A stretch of 64,000 nucleotides of DNA, from assembly GCA_963836755.1 (NCBI GenBank), contig CAWIKF010000002.1, positions 1,344,001 through 1,408,000 of the forward strand. The letters run 5' to 3'. A program made the position numbers and the translations under genes. Every line of letters starts with the position of its first letter. Within the stretch, counting starts at the first letter, position 1. Origin of the DNA: an uncultured Verrucomicrobiae bacterium (GTDB lineage Bacteria > Verrucomicrobiota > Verrucomicrobiia > Chthoniobacterales > Chthoniobacteraceae). The notes beneath the pieces were generated by a model. That model did no database searches. It saw only the letters and a program-made list of their open reading frames with translations, and was not told where the DNA came from. Positions 39,642 through 48,718 of the stretch are shown in pieces.

Positions 39642-40037
39642 ATGAAAAACCTTCTTACTTCAAAACGGGGCTTCACGCTCGTGGAAATCATGATTGTCGT
39701 GGCCATCATTGCACTCCTTGCATCCATCGCCGTGCCAAATTTCCTGCGCGCCCGAAAGCGATCCCAAGCCACGCGCGTGCTCGAAGATTTGCGCCTGCTC
39801 GACAGCTCCATCGATCAATATGCCATCGAGACCAACAAGCTCTCCGGCATGCATCCGGTCTTTGCTGATCTCAAAAACTACATTAAGGCAGGCACGGCGC
39901 TTTACACCACCGGCACCGACATGTTCGGCAACAGCTATGGAACCTTCACGGTGGACAGCCAACCGAAAGTGCCGACCAGCACCTTCAACAATCTTTCCGA
40001 CGTCGCGCCAGCTGCTTTCTGGTCGCCCTACAATTAA
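39642..40037 (+). CDS. type IV pilin-like protein (copy 1)
   Basis: KRG|FTLVEIMIVVAII class III signal peptide. Confidence 0.92.
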   Translation: MKNLLTSKRGFTLVEIMIVVAIIALLASIAVPNFLRARKRSQATRVLEDLRLLDSSIDQYAIETNKLSGMHPVFADLKNYIKAGTALYTTGTDMFGNSYGTFTVDSQPKVPTSTFNNLSDVAPAAFWSPYN

Positions 40038-40058
40038 ACAAAGCCGAGGTTGCCACAC

Positions 40059-40097
40059 GCCGCCGGTCGTCATCGACGCACCGGCGGCTTTTTTTTT
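40059..40097 (+). terminator. intrinsic terminator
   Basis: GCCGCCGGT/ACCGGCGGC stem followed by T9. Confidence 0.8.
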
Positions 40098-41058
40098 ACG
40101 CTGAAAACGCGTGGAGAAATGCGACCTCGATCGCGAGGTCTTCCTTGATATTGCGACCGAGATTTTCGCGCAGCGTTTCGAGGTGCGCGATCCGCTCCAG
40201 CACTTGCTGCGTCGAAAGTTGCGACGCGAGCCTCGCCGTCTCCGCAGCATTCCCGGGAAGATCCAGCGCGTCAAAGTTCTGCTGCTGCCGGAGCACATCC
40301 GCCCACCATTGCAGCAAAATATCGATGAGCCGCAGCCGCTGATGCACGTAGCGAGATTCCGTCAGCGCCTTGTAAAAATCTTCGCGGTCGTCCAGCCAAT
40401 CGCTTTCTGTCGTCTGCCGATAAGCCGATTCCTCTTTTTTTAAGTCGGCCGCGCTGTCATCGGAAATCTGTTTGCGGATTTGCTGCAGCAGCACCGTAAA
40501 CTTTCGCACCAGCCCATAAACTGCGGCGACGCCGCGATGCTCGCCGCGAAAAAATTCGCACAGCGTTTCAAGCAACTGCGCCTGTTCGGGTGAAAGTTCC
40601 GCTTTGCCCGCGCGGCGCAACTGCACACCGATGCAGCGTGAAAGAATTGTGTCCGGCAGCGCCTCGGGCTGATCGCTCGTCAGCAAAAGCAGCGAATTGT
40701 CTGGCGGCTCCTCCAGCGTCTTTAGAAACGCGTTTGACGCGTGCGGTTGCAGTCGGTCTGCATCGAAAATCACCGCAACTTTTTTCCCCCGGCTGGCCGC
40801 GCGCATGCGCAGCGCTCGCTCGAGCGCGCGCATCTGGTCGACCACGATCCGGCGCGACTTTGATTCCGGTTCCGCCACGTGCACATCCGGATGGGTGAGC
40901 GGATTTCCCTCCGCGCCAGTCACGAGGCCCGAAAGCGCAGATGCTAGCGCGCGCTTTCCGCTGCCGGCCGCGCCGCTGATCAAGTAAGCATGTCCGAGCC
41001 GTTGCTGGAGATGCGCGCGACGCAGGAAATCGAATGCTGTTTGCTGGTCGAAAGGCAT
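40096..41058 (-). CDS. holB: DNA polymerase III delta-prime subunit
   Basis: HAYLISG, HPDVH, NAFLKTLEEPP, TILSRC; follows tmk; no Cys zinc motif visible. Confidence 0.9.
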   Translation of the reverse strand: MPFDQQTAFDFLRRAHLQQRLGHAYLISGAAGSGKRALASALSGLVTGAEGNPLTHPDVHVAEPESKSRRIVVDQMRALERALRMRAASRGKKVAVIFDADRLQPHASNAFLKTLEEPPDNSLLLLTSDQPEALPDTILSRCIGVQLRRAGKAELSPEQAQLLETLCEFFRGEHRGVAAVYGLVRKFTVLLQQIRKQISDDSAADLKKEESAYRQTTESDWLDDREDFYKALTESRYVHQRLRLIDILLQWWADVLRQQQNFDALDLPGNAAETARLASQLSTQQVLERIAHLETLRENLGRNIKEDLAIEVAFLHAFSA

Positions 41059-41061
41059 TGT

Positions 41062-41709
41062 TTAAACGCCAAGACGTGTGAATAATTCCCGCCAAATCGC
41101 TTCCTCGATCTCGTCCGCTCGCAGCGCCCCGTCGAGCACGCGGACGCGCGCAGAGTCGCGTTGCGCCAACTCGAGATAGCCTCGGCGAACGGCTTCGTAA
41201 AACTCGATCGGCTGCTGCTCCATCCGATCTTCCGACTCTCCGGCTGCGTGATAGCGGCAAAGCATTCGTTCGCGCGCGAGTTTTGAATCGAGGTCGAGGA
41301 GAAAAGTAACGTCCGGCCGGCAATCGCCGACGGCAAAATCATTGATGAATTTCACGGCCTTCGCATTGATGCGGCGCGCAACACCTTGATAAACGGTCGT
41401 TGAATCCCAGAAACGATCGGCAATCACCACCGAACCTTGCTCCAAAGCCGGCGCGATGACTTCGCGGACGAGCTGCGCGCGGCTCGCGGTGAAAAGGAGC
41501 AGCTCGGCCTCGGGCGTCATCGCGCGACCGATTTTTGAGAACTGCAAAAGATGACGGATCTCCTCGCCGATGGCCGTGCCGCCTGGCTCGCGGGTCAAAA
41601 CGCAGGCGCGTGAGCTTTTTTCCAACCGCGCGGCGAGACGGCGGATTTGTGTCGATTTTCCGCATCCCTCGGAACCTTCAAACGTGATGAAAAAGCCGCG
41701 CGACTGCAT
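41062..41709 (-). CDS. tmk: thymidylate kinase
   Basis: FEGSEGCGKST, TREPGGT, DRFWDSTTVYQG. Confidence 0.96.
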   Translation of the reverse strand: MQSRGFFITFEGSEGCGKSTQIRRLAARLEKSSRACVLTREPGGTAIGEEIRHLLQFSKIGRAMTPEAELLLFTASRAQLVREVIAPALEQGSVVIADRFWDSTTVYQGVARRINAKAVKFINDFAVGDCRPDVTFLLDLDSKLARERMLCRYHAAGESEDRMEQQPIEFYEAVRRGYLELAQRDSARVRVLDGALRADEIEEAIWRELFTRLGV

Positions 41710-41757
41710 GCAAGTGCGCGATGAAAAACCAGCACGCACGCGATGTCGAGGCCGCGC

Positions 41758-42615
41758 TTAATGCGTGATTACCGTCGGGCCGACGGAAGATTTCGTGCTC
41801 ACGACGCGCTCGGTGCCGCGCCGTGCGTTGATCACGAAATCATTGTTGTCGCCGTAGCGCGCCCACGGGCCGGGCGGGACCTCGCTGAACTCGACAAACT
41901 TCCAATCGCAAACATCGTGCATCGTCGACGCATTCAAGCCGAGATAGTCGCGCACCGCGGGCGAGACATCGAGTCCGGCGCCGTGGTTCAAGTTCCATTT
42001 CGGCCGATCGGTGCCGAAGACATACTCCCAATGGTCGGTGCGAAAAGGTCCGCAGTCCGACCATTGCGCATAGGCGACGCGGGTGCCCTTGCGGATCGCG
42101 ATCCAGCGATTGCGGCAAACAGACTGACCGAATTTCACATACGTCGCCTTGAACCATGGAATGACTTGCGGCGCCTCGGGCTTCGTCGTGCTGTGGGTCA
42201 CGTCGTTGTAAGGCAGCGCGCAGTAAAAGGGATTTTGACGCGGTATGAAATTCGCAGGGATGAAATCACGCCGCGCACTCGGATCGGGGTTATCGAAGCC
42301 GCCGAAATTGCGCTCCCAATCAGGATCCCACGCGCTGGTGCGGTTCGGCACCGGATTGTTAGCAGTCGGCAGTTCGCCGACCCAGAAAATTGTGGTCACG
42401 ATGTTCGATTTCCACGGGTAACGCCCGGCCGAGATCATTGGTCGTCCGGTGGTTGGGATGAAAACCTGCGGCTCGATTTTCAAGAGCGCGCTCTCGCGCA
42501 ATTTCATCGCGTATTTGGCAAAGTCCGAGCCGCTGGAATACGGCGATTGCGCACGCGCGGCGACGCCGCACGCGAGCAAAAAAGCTGCTGTAATGAAGAT
42601 GAGGGCCGCTTTCAT
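41758..42615 (-). CDS. exported protein with RlpA/double-psi-barrel-like motifs
   Basis: Signal peptide; FYCALP, WSDCGPF, GLDVSPAVRDYLGL. Confidence 0.6.
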   Translation of the reverse strand: MKAALIFITAAFLLACGVAARAQSPYSSGSDFAKYAMKLRESALLKIEPQVFIPTTGRPMISAGRYPWKSNIVTTIFWVGELPTANNPVPNRTSAWDPDWERNFGGFDNPDPSARRDFIPANFIPRQNPFYCALPYNDVTHSTTKPEAPQVIPWFKATYVKFGQSVCRNRWIAIRKGTRVAYAQWSDCGPFRTDHWEYVFGTDRPKWNLNHGAGLDVSPAVRDYLGLNASTMHDVCDWKFVEFSEVPPGPWARYGDNNDFVINARRGTERVVSTKSSVGPTVITH

Positions 42616-42702
42616 TCCGGGAAGTCGCTTTGCCCTATAAGGCAGACCGCGCGATTCGTCCAGCCTTTTGGCCGCGCGCGGAACACAGTCGCGCGTCAAA
42701 CT

Positions 42703-44307
42703 TCAGAGCCGACGCAGCACCGTGTTTTTCGAAAAATGCGCGTCGTCGGTTTCCGCGTGATCGAGCGTAAAATGCAGGCCGCGGCTTTCCTTCCGCAGCG
42801 TCGCGCTGTCCACGATGAGCGCGGCGACTGTCGCGAGATTGCGCAGCTCGAGGAGGTCAGTTGTGATTTTGAAATTCCAGTAAAACTCCTGGATTTCGCG
42901 CTGCAAATTCCGCAGCCGATGCGCGGCTCGCTGCAGCCGTTTATCGGTGCGCACGATGCCGACGTAATCCCACATCAAGCGCCGGATTTCATCCCAGTTG
43001 TGGTAAATCACTACGAGCTCATCGACATCGCTGGCGACGCCGCTTTTCCATTCCGGCAGCTCGATTTCCGGCTCGCGAACCGCGCCAACCGGCTCATGCT
43101 TTTGCAAATGCCGGCACGCGCGCGCGGCCATTACGACTGCCTCGAGCAGCGAATTGCTTGCGAGCCGGTTCGCGCCGTGCAGACCGGTGCAGGCGACTTC
43201 GCCGATCGCGTAAAGCCCGCGCAGACTCGACGCTCCGTTCATGTCTGTTAAAACACCGCCGCACTGGTAATGCGCGGCCGGGACGACCGGGATTGGCTGC
43301 CGCGTGATGTCGATGCCGAGCCGCAGACAGGTGTCGTGGATATTTGGAAAACGCTCGCGCACGAACTCCGCCGGCTTGCTGCTGATGTCGAGATAAACGC
43401 AGCGCTCGCCAGTGCGTTTCATCTCCGCATCGATCGCGCGCGCCACCACATCGCGCGGCGCGAGCGCCTTTAGCGGATGATATTTTTGCATGAACTCCCG
43501 GCCTTTCGCGTCAATCAAAATCGCCCCTTCGCCGCGCACGGCTTCGCTGATCAAAAACGAGCGCGCCTCGGGATGAAAAAGACACGTCGGATGAAACTGG
43601 ATGAACTCCATGTTCGCGATCGATGCGCCGGCGCGCCACGCCATTGCCACGCCGTCGCCCGTCGCGACGGATGGATTCGTCGTGTAAAGATAAACCTTGC
43701 CGCAGCCGCCGGTCGCGAGGATCAGCCGGTCGCTGCGCAGCGTGAGGACGCTGCCTGTTTTTTCATCGAGCACGTAAACGCCAAGCGCGCGATCCTCAGT
43801 CGCGTAGCCGAGTTTGCCGGCGGTGATCAAATTCACGGCCATGTGATTTTCGAGCACGTCAATGTTTGCGTGCGCCTGCACCGCAGCCAAAAGCGCGCGC
43901 TCGATTTCGCGGCCGGTCACGTCGCGCGAATGCAGCACGCGCCGTTTCGAGTGGCCGCCCTCGCGGCCGAGATCGAGCTCCTTTTCGCCGCCGTCGAGCT
44001 CGCGTTCATCGAATTGCACACCGAGCTCCATCAGCTCGCGAACCCGCTCCGGCCCTTCCGTGACGATCGTGCGCACGGCGCTTTCGTCGCACAAACCGGC
44101 ACCAGCGGTGAGCGTGTCGTGCACGTGCAGGTCGAACGAATCTTCGACGCTGGTCACACAAGCGACACCACCTTGCGCATACGCCGTATTTGATTCAGAG
44201 GAAGCGCGCTTGGTGACAATCGCAACGGTTCCGAGCTCTGCGGCGCGTCTCGCGAAGCTCAACCCGGCGATCCCGCTGCCGATGACGATAAAGTCGCAGC
44301 GTTTCAT
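42703..44307 (-). CDS. nadB: L-aspartate oxidase
   Basis: GSGIAG, AQGGVA, REGGHSKRRVLH, QFHPT, GLHGANRLASNSLLE. Confidence 0.96.
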   Translation of the reverse strand: MKRCDFIVIGSGIAGLSFARRAAELGTVAIVTKRASSESNTAYAQGGVACVTSVEDSFDLHVHDTLTAGAGLCDESAVRTIVTEGPERVRELMELGVQFDERELDGGEKELDLGREGGHSKRRVLHSRDVTGREIERALLAAVQAHANIDVLENHMAVNLITAGKLGYATEDRALGVYVLDEKTGSVLTLRSDRLILATGGCGKVYLYTTNPSVATGDGVAMAWRAGASIANMEFIQFHPTCLFHPEARSFLISEAVRGEGAILIDAKGREFMQKYHPLKALAPRDVVARAIDAEMKRTGERCVYLDISSKPAEFVRERFPNIHDTCLRLGIDITRQPIPVVPAAHYQCGGVLTDMNGASSLRGLYAIGEVACTGLHGANRLASNSLLEAVVMAARACRHLQKHEPVGAVREPEIELPEWKSGVASDVDELVVIYHNWDEIRRLMWDYVGIVRTDKRLQRAAHRLRNLQREIQEFYWNFKITTDLLELRNLATVAALIVDSATLRKESRGLHFTLDHAETDDAHFSKNTVLRRL

Positions 44308-45218
44308 TTTGCGGGAACGGCGATGTTGTCGATCAGTCGCGTGCGTCCGAAAAAAACTGCGGACATGATCCGTTTATTGTTTGTCTGCCGCGTCGCGGGC
44401 TGCAGCGTTTCCGCATCGACGACCTCGACGTAGTCAATTTTCGCCGCCGCCGATTCAGAGATGATTTTCACGACCTGCGCCTTCAGCGATTTCGGATCGA
44501 GCGTCTTCGCGCTGGCTGCCGCGCTCAACGCCCGCCAAATCACTGCTGCGTCCTTTCGCTGCGCGTCGCTGAGATATTCATTGCGCGAGCTGAGCGCGAG
44601 TCCGTCGGCTTCGCGCACGGTTGGCGCGCCGATGATTTTGATCGGGAAATTCAAGTCGCGCACCATGCGGCGGATGATCGCGAGCTGCTGGAAATCTTTT
44701 TCCCCAAACACTGCCGCGTCGGGCGCGACGATGTTAAACAACTTTGCGACAACCGTGCAAACGCCGCTGAAATGCCCGGATCGGGAAATGCCGCAGAAGC
44801 CAGCGCAGAGTTGCGACTCGACAACGCTTGTCGAAACGTCCGCTGCATACATCGCTTCGGCCGTCGGATGAAAAAGCATGTCGACGCCGCACTCTCGGCA
44901 GAGCGCCGCATCGCGCGCGAACGGCCGCGGATACGCGGAAAAATCCTCGTTCGGGCCAAACTGCGAGGGATTCACAAAGACGCTCGCGACGACCGAGCCG
45001 CGCGGTCCCGCAAGCCGGCGCGCGCGTTTCAAAAGTGCAGCGTGACCGGCATGCAGCGCGCCCATCGTCGGCACAAAAAACAGCGGGCGCACAGCGGCGC
45101 GGCACCATTTCGCCGCCGCCTTTGGCGAGCTGACGATGTTCAGCGGCGTCGACTTTGGCCGGGTCGCGGCACCACTGCGCGCGGACTTTTTTGCGCGAGA
45201 ACTCGGCCAGCTTTTCAT
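44304..45218 (-). CDS. panC: pantoate--beta-alanine ligase (start uncertain)
   Basis: VPTMGALHAGH, FVNPSQF, FGEKDFQQ, GLALSSRN, TRLIDN. Confidence 0.95.
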   Translation of the reverse strand: MKSWPSSRAKKSARSGAATRPKSTPLNIVSSPKAAAKWCRAAVRPLFFVPTMGALHAGHAALLKRARRLAGPRGSVVASVFVNPSQFGPNEDFSAYPRPFARDAALCRECGVDMLFHPTAEAMYAADVSTSVVESQLCAGFCGISRSGHFSGVCTVVAKLFNIVAPDAAVFGEKDFQQLAIIRRMVRDLNFPIKIIGAPTVREADGLALSSRNEYLSDAQRKDAAVIWRALSAAASAKTLDPKSLKAQVVKIISESAAAKIDYVEVVDAETLQPATRQTNNKRIMSAVFFGRTRLIDNIAVPAK

Positions 45219-45296
45219 GAAATGGTGTTCTGCGCGAGACGCGAAAAAGACGATTGTCGGCGCGCAGTTTGCGCTTTAGTTTCTCCCTCCGCCGCC

Positions 45297-45370
45297 TGCC
45301 CCGTGGTGTAATGGTAGCACAGCAGATTTTGATTCTGCTTGTCTAGGTTCGAGTCCTGGCGGGGCAGCCA
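45297..45370 (+). tRNA. tRNA-Gln(TTG)
   Basis: TGCCCCG/CGGGGCA acceptor stem, GCAGA-TTTTGAT-TCTGC anticodon arm, GGTTCGAGTCC T arm, CCA end. Confidence 0.96.
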
Positions 45371-45415
45371 TCGGCGCCGGCGCGCGCCGTTTCTCTCGCC
45401 ACACTGCCGGAAAAT

Positions 45416-45477
45416 GTAGCGTTTTCTGCGACTCGAATAGACTGGCGCGCGGTGCGGCATGAGGCTTGTGGTCTGCT
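45416..45477 (+). promoter_or_regulatory. GTAG-N9-CGAC site plus sigma54-like box upstream of pilin 2
   Basis: GTAGcgttttctgCGAC (45416-45432); AGGCTTGTGGTCTGCT (45462-45477). Confidence 0.4.
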
Positions 45478-45490
45478 TTTACACCACTGC

Positions 45491-45886
45491 ATGAAAATGA
45501 ACATCTCTTTGCGGCGGGGTTTTACCCTCGTTGAAATCATGATCGTTGTCGCCATCATCACGCTGCTCGCGTCGATTGCGGTGCCGAACTATATGCGGGC
45601 GCGGAAACGGGCGCAGGCGACGCGAATCCTCCAAGACCTGCGCGTTCTCGATGAAGCGCTCGATCAATATGCGATCGAGACTAACAAGATGTCCGGCGCA
45701 CATCCCGTCTTCGCCGATCTGAAGGCTTACATCAAAGCCGGCACGTCGCTTTACGCCACCGGCGCGGATCTTTTCGGCAACGCCTATCGCCCCTTCTCCG
45801 TCGATGCCGATCCGAAAGTTCCCGCGGCCACTTTCAGAGTTCTGTCCGACGTCGCGCCAGCCTCGTTCTGGTCGCCTTATAATTAG
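45491..45886 (+). CDS. type IV pilin-like protein (copy 2)
   Basis: RRG|FTLVEIMIVVAII; colinear with 39642-40037. Confidence 0.92.
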   Translation: MKMNISLRRGFTLVEIMIVVAIITLLASIAVPNYMRARKRAQATRILQDLRVLDEALDQYAIETNKMSGAHPVFADLKAYIKAGTSLYATGADLFGNAYRPFSVDADPKVPAATFRVLSDVAPASFWSPYN

Positions 45887-45895
45887 GAGCAAAGT

Positions 45896-46507
45896 TCACC
45901 GCGCAGCCGCAGCGGCGTTCGGAAAAGTTTCGCTCCGCGCGCGCGTGGCGGCGAGACAAGCGCAGAAAAGCGCGGTAAAGAGCAGATCGCTCGCGAGCGT
46001 GTTTCGGAAAAACATCCACGCCGGCGGATAGCCGGGCTGGCCCACGGTCAGCGCTCGCCCGAGACCCGCGGCGGTTTGCGAATAAGCAGGATTACCGAGC
46101 CACGAAGCGGCATTTGTCACGATGTAAAAAATCGCCGAGCCCGCCAAACTTCCGAGCAGGATCAACACGAAGCGCGGCCGCGCGCGCAGCAGCAACCCTA
46201 GTCCGCCGATGAGCGCCAGCGCCGCATAGCGCGCGAGCATTTCCACGCTCAAAAGCGCCACGCCGTAATGCGCATTCAAAATCAAATCCGAAACGAACAT
46301 TGCCGCCAGCGGCAGCGCCAGCGCGAGTTTGCGCGGAAAATAAATCGCGCCGCAAAGCGCGATCGCTGCGAGCGGAGCAAAGTTCGGCAGCCAGTGCGTT
46401 TCGCCGCTGAAGCCGGTGATCAGCCGCCACGCAATCGCGACGACAAAAAGAAGGAGCACCGCGATTTTTTCCGCGCGGCTGGATGAAACGTGGCTCATGC
46501 GGCGCAT
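45896..46507 (-). CDS. DUF6580-like putative transporter membrane protein
   Basis: PNFAPLAAIALCGAIYF, SDLIL, FYIVTN, FFRNTLASDL. Confidence 0.75.
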   Translation of the reverse strand: MRRMSHVSSSRAEKIAVLLLFVVAIAWRLITGFSGETHWLPNFAPLAAIALCGAIYFPRKLALALPLAAMFVSDLILNAHYGVALLSVEMLARYAALALIGGLGLLLRARPRFVLILLGSLAGSAIFYIVTNAASWLGNPAYSQTAAGLGRALTVGQPGYPPAWMFFRNTLASDLLFTALFCACLAATRARSETFPNAAAAAR

Positions 46508-46508
46508 C

Positions 46509-47309
46509 CTACTGCAAATATTGCATGCTGCCTACCGGAGAAATGCGGCCGATGTTCACGCCGCTCAGCCGCGTGTCCGCCGTGCCCGGCCAGAGCGGCA
46601 TCGACTCGACGTGCCCATCGAGGAACAGCAGATTTGCCATCGAGCCGTGGCGGAAGTGAACGCTCTTCGAGCTGTTGTCGATGATGTAAAATTCCTCGAT
46701 CATCGGATTTTTCCCCGAAGCCGGCGCCTGGAAAGTATTCACCTGCGCGCAGTCGCCGAAAAGAATCACCTGCGAGGGCCGCGCGAGCGCGAGCACATTT
46801 GCCTGCGAGAGAAAAGTATTGAAGCCGTAGCCCCAGCTCGCGCCTTTATACTTCGGCTTCCACGACGCGAGCGCATACGGAAACGCCGGGCAAACTTCCA
46901 CGCCGCCCACGTCCTGGACGTAGCGATAAAGCGGCCCCTGCGTCTCGTCGATCACGCGCTGGCCTTCCGCTGAACTCAGGCTCGCGCTCGTCTCGTAGCC
47001 AAAATACCAAAGCCGGCCTCCCGGCGCGGCGAGCGAATAGGAAAAAAGTCGGTTGTCGTGGTCGTTGAGATAAAGCCGAGTCGCGACGGAAAGCTGCCGC
47101 AGACTGTTCGCGCAATGCGCCGACTGCGCCACCGAACGCATCCGCCCGAGCGACGGCATCAGCAAGCCCGCCATCACCGCAATGATCGAGACGACGACAA
47201 GCAGCTCGATCAAAGTAAATGCGCAAGCAGCGTCCAATCGATGGCGTAAAACTTTTACCGAAAACGCCTCGAGCCGCGCAATTCTTGAGGTCCGTTTTTG
47301 CTCGAGCAT
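46509..47309 (-). CDS. prepilin-type N-terminal / H-X9-DG domain protein (start uncertain)
   Basis: AFTLIELLVVVSIIAVMAGLLMP; CANSLRQ; FRHGSMANLLFLDGHV. Confidence 0.88.
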   Translation of the reverse strand: MLEQKRTSRIARLEAFSVKVLRHRLDAACAFTLIELLVVVSIIAVMAGLLMPSLGRMRSVAQSAHCANSLRQLSVATRLYLNDHDNRLFSYSLAAPGGRLWYFGYETSASLSSAEGQRVIDETQGPLYRYVQDVGGVEVCPAFPYALASWKPKYKGASWGYGFNTFLSQANVLALARPSQVILFGDCAQVNTFQAPASGKNPMIEEFYIIDNSSKSVHFRHGSMANLLFLDGHVESMPLWPGTADTRLSGVNIGRISPVGSMQYLQ

Positions 47310-47422
47310 CGGGCGAGGCTAGCGCGCCTCAGCCGAGCTCGCAAAGCGCGAACTTCCGCGAGAAAAATCTGAAAATTTCTCGCGCCGGCGCGACGGGCAA
47401 TTAAGCTGCGTCCGTTTTTCAC

Positions 47423-48697
47423 ATGCGCATCCTCCGCCACACCGATCCCGATTTTGCCCGCGCACTGAAGACCTTGCAACGGCGCGCGGAGCCGGCCGCG
47501 GACGTCGAGGCCGTGGTGCGCGAAATCATCGCGGCGGTGCGGACGCGCGGCGATGCGGCGGTGCGGGAGTTCACGGAAAAATTTGGCGGGCCGCGGCTGC
47601 GGGAATTGCGCGTGAGCACGGAGGAGTTGCGCGCGGCGCAAACCGGCGTCGATGCGAAGGCGAAGGCCGCGATTGCGCTGGCGCACGCGAACGTCCTCGA
47701 TTTCGCGCGGCGGAGTTTGCGGAAAAACTGGAGCGCGAAAAACAAACAGGGCGTGCAAGTCGGCGAGCGTTTCGATCCGTTTCAGCGCGTCGGGATTTAC
47801 GTGCCGGGCGGAACGGCGCCGCTGGTTTCGAGCGCGATTATGACGTGCACATTGGCTGCGGCGGCGGGCGTGCCGGAGATCGTGGTGACGACGCCCGCCG
47901 ACAAAAAAGGCGCGGTCAACGCGGCGTTGCTTTACGCGCTGCAATTCGCCGGCGCGACCGAGATTTACAAAATCGGCGGCGCTCAAGCGGTCGCCGCGCT
48001 CGCGTTTGGCACGGCGGCGATTGCGCCGGTGCTGAAAATTTTCGGGCCGGGGAATGCGTATGTCGTCGAGGCGAAGCGGCAGACTTTTGGCCGCGTCGCC
48101 ATCGATTTGTTGCCGGGGCCAAGCGAAATTTTGATCATCGCCGACCGCACCGCGCAACCGGCGTGGATCGCCGCCGACATGCTCGCTCAGGCGGAGCACG
48201 GCCACGGCAGCGTCGTGGTATTCGCGACCGACTCCGCCACGCTGTTAAAAAGTGTGCAACGCGAGTTTGACGCGCAGTTTCGCGCACTCACGCGCCAGAC
48301 GCACCTCGCGGAGGCGTCCACTTTTTTTGTGCTCGTGAAAACGATGGCCGATGCCGTGCGGCTCGCGAACGACTTTGCGCCCGAGCATCTGTCGATCGTG
48401 GCGAAGAACGACGAAAAGCTCGCGGCGCAAATCCGGACGAGCGGCGCCATTTTTCTCGGCGCGCTGTCGCCGGTGGTCGGCGGGGATTTCGTCGCGGGGC
48501 CGAGTCACGAACTGCCGACAGGCGGCGCGGGCAAATCTTTCGCCGGTTTAACAGTGGATCAATTCCAGCGCCGCACGAGCATCGTCCGCTTTGACGAAAA
48601 ATCTCTGCGGAAATCTTTGCCGGCGATTGGAACTTTTAGCGCGATCGAAGGCCTCGACGCGCACGGGCGCTCGGCTGCGATCCGGCTCGAAAGTTGA
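47423..48697 (+). CDS. hisD: histidinol dehydrogenase
   Basis: GIYVPGG, GGAQAVAALAFGT, GPGNAYV, AQAEH, APEHL. Confidence 0.96.
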   Translation: MRILRHTDPDFARALKTLQRRAEPAADVEAVVREIIAAVRTRGDAAVREFTEKFGGPRLRELRVSTEELRAAQTGVDAKAKAAIALAHANVLDFARRSLRKNWSAKNKQGVQVGERFDPFQRVGIYVPGGTAPLVSSAIMTCTLAAAAGVPEIVVTTPADKKGAVNAALLYALQFAGATEIYKIGGAQAVAALAFGTAAIAPVLKIFGPGNAYVVEAKRQTFGRVAIDLLPGPSEILIIADRTAQPAWIAADMLAQAEHGHGSVVVFATDSATLLKSVQREFDAQFRALTRQTHLAEASTFFVLVKTMADAVRLANDFAPEHLSIVAKNDEKLAAQIRTSGAIFLGALSPVVGGDFVAGPSHELPTGGAGKSFAGLTVDQFQRRTSIVRFDEKSLRKSLPAIGTFSAIEGLDAHGRSAAIRLES

Positions 48698-48718
48698 TGC
48701 GTCGCCCGCGAACCAGCT

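Noticed and set aside
41743..43251. Long antisense ORFs such as 41743-43251, 29583-30860 and 3386-4537
   Set aside because: Shadow frames of clear genes in GC-rich DNA
45297..47400. Genomic island integrated at tRNA-Gln
   Set aside because: No integrase and no duplicated tRNA 3' end found
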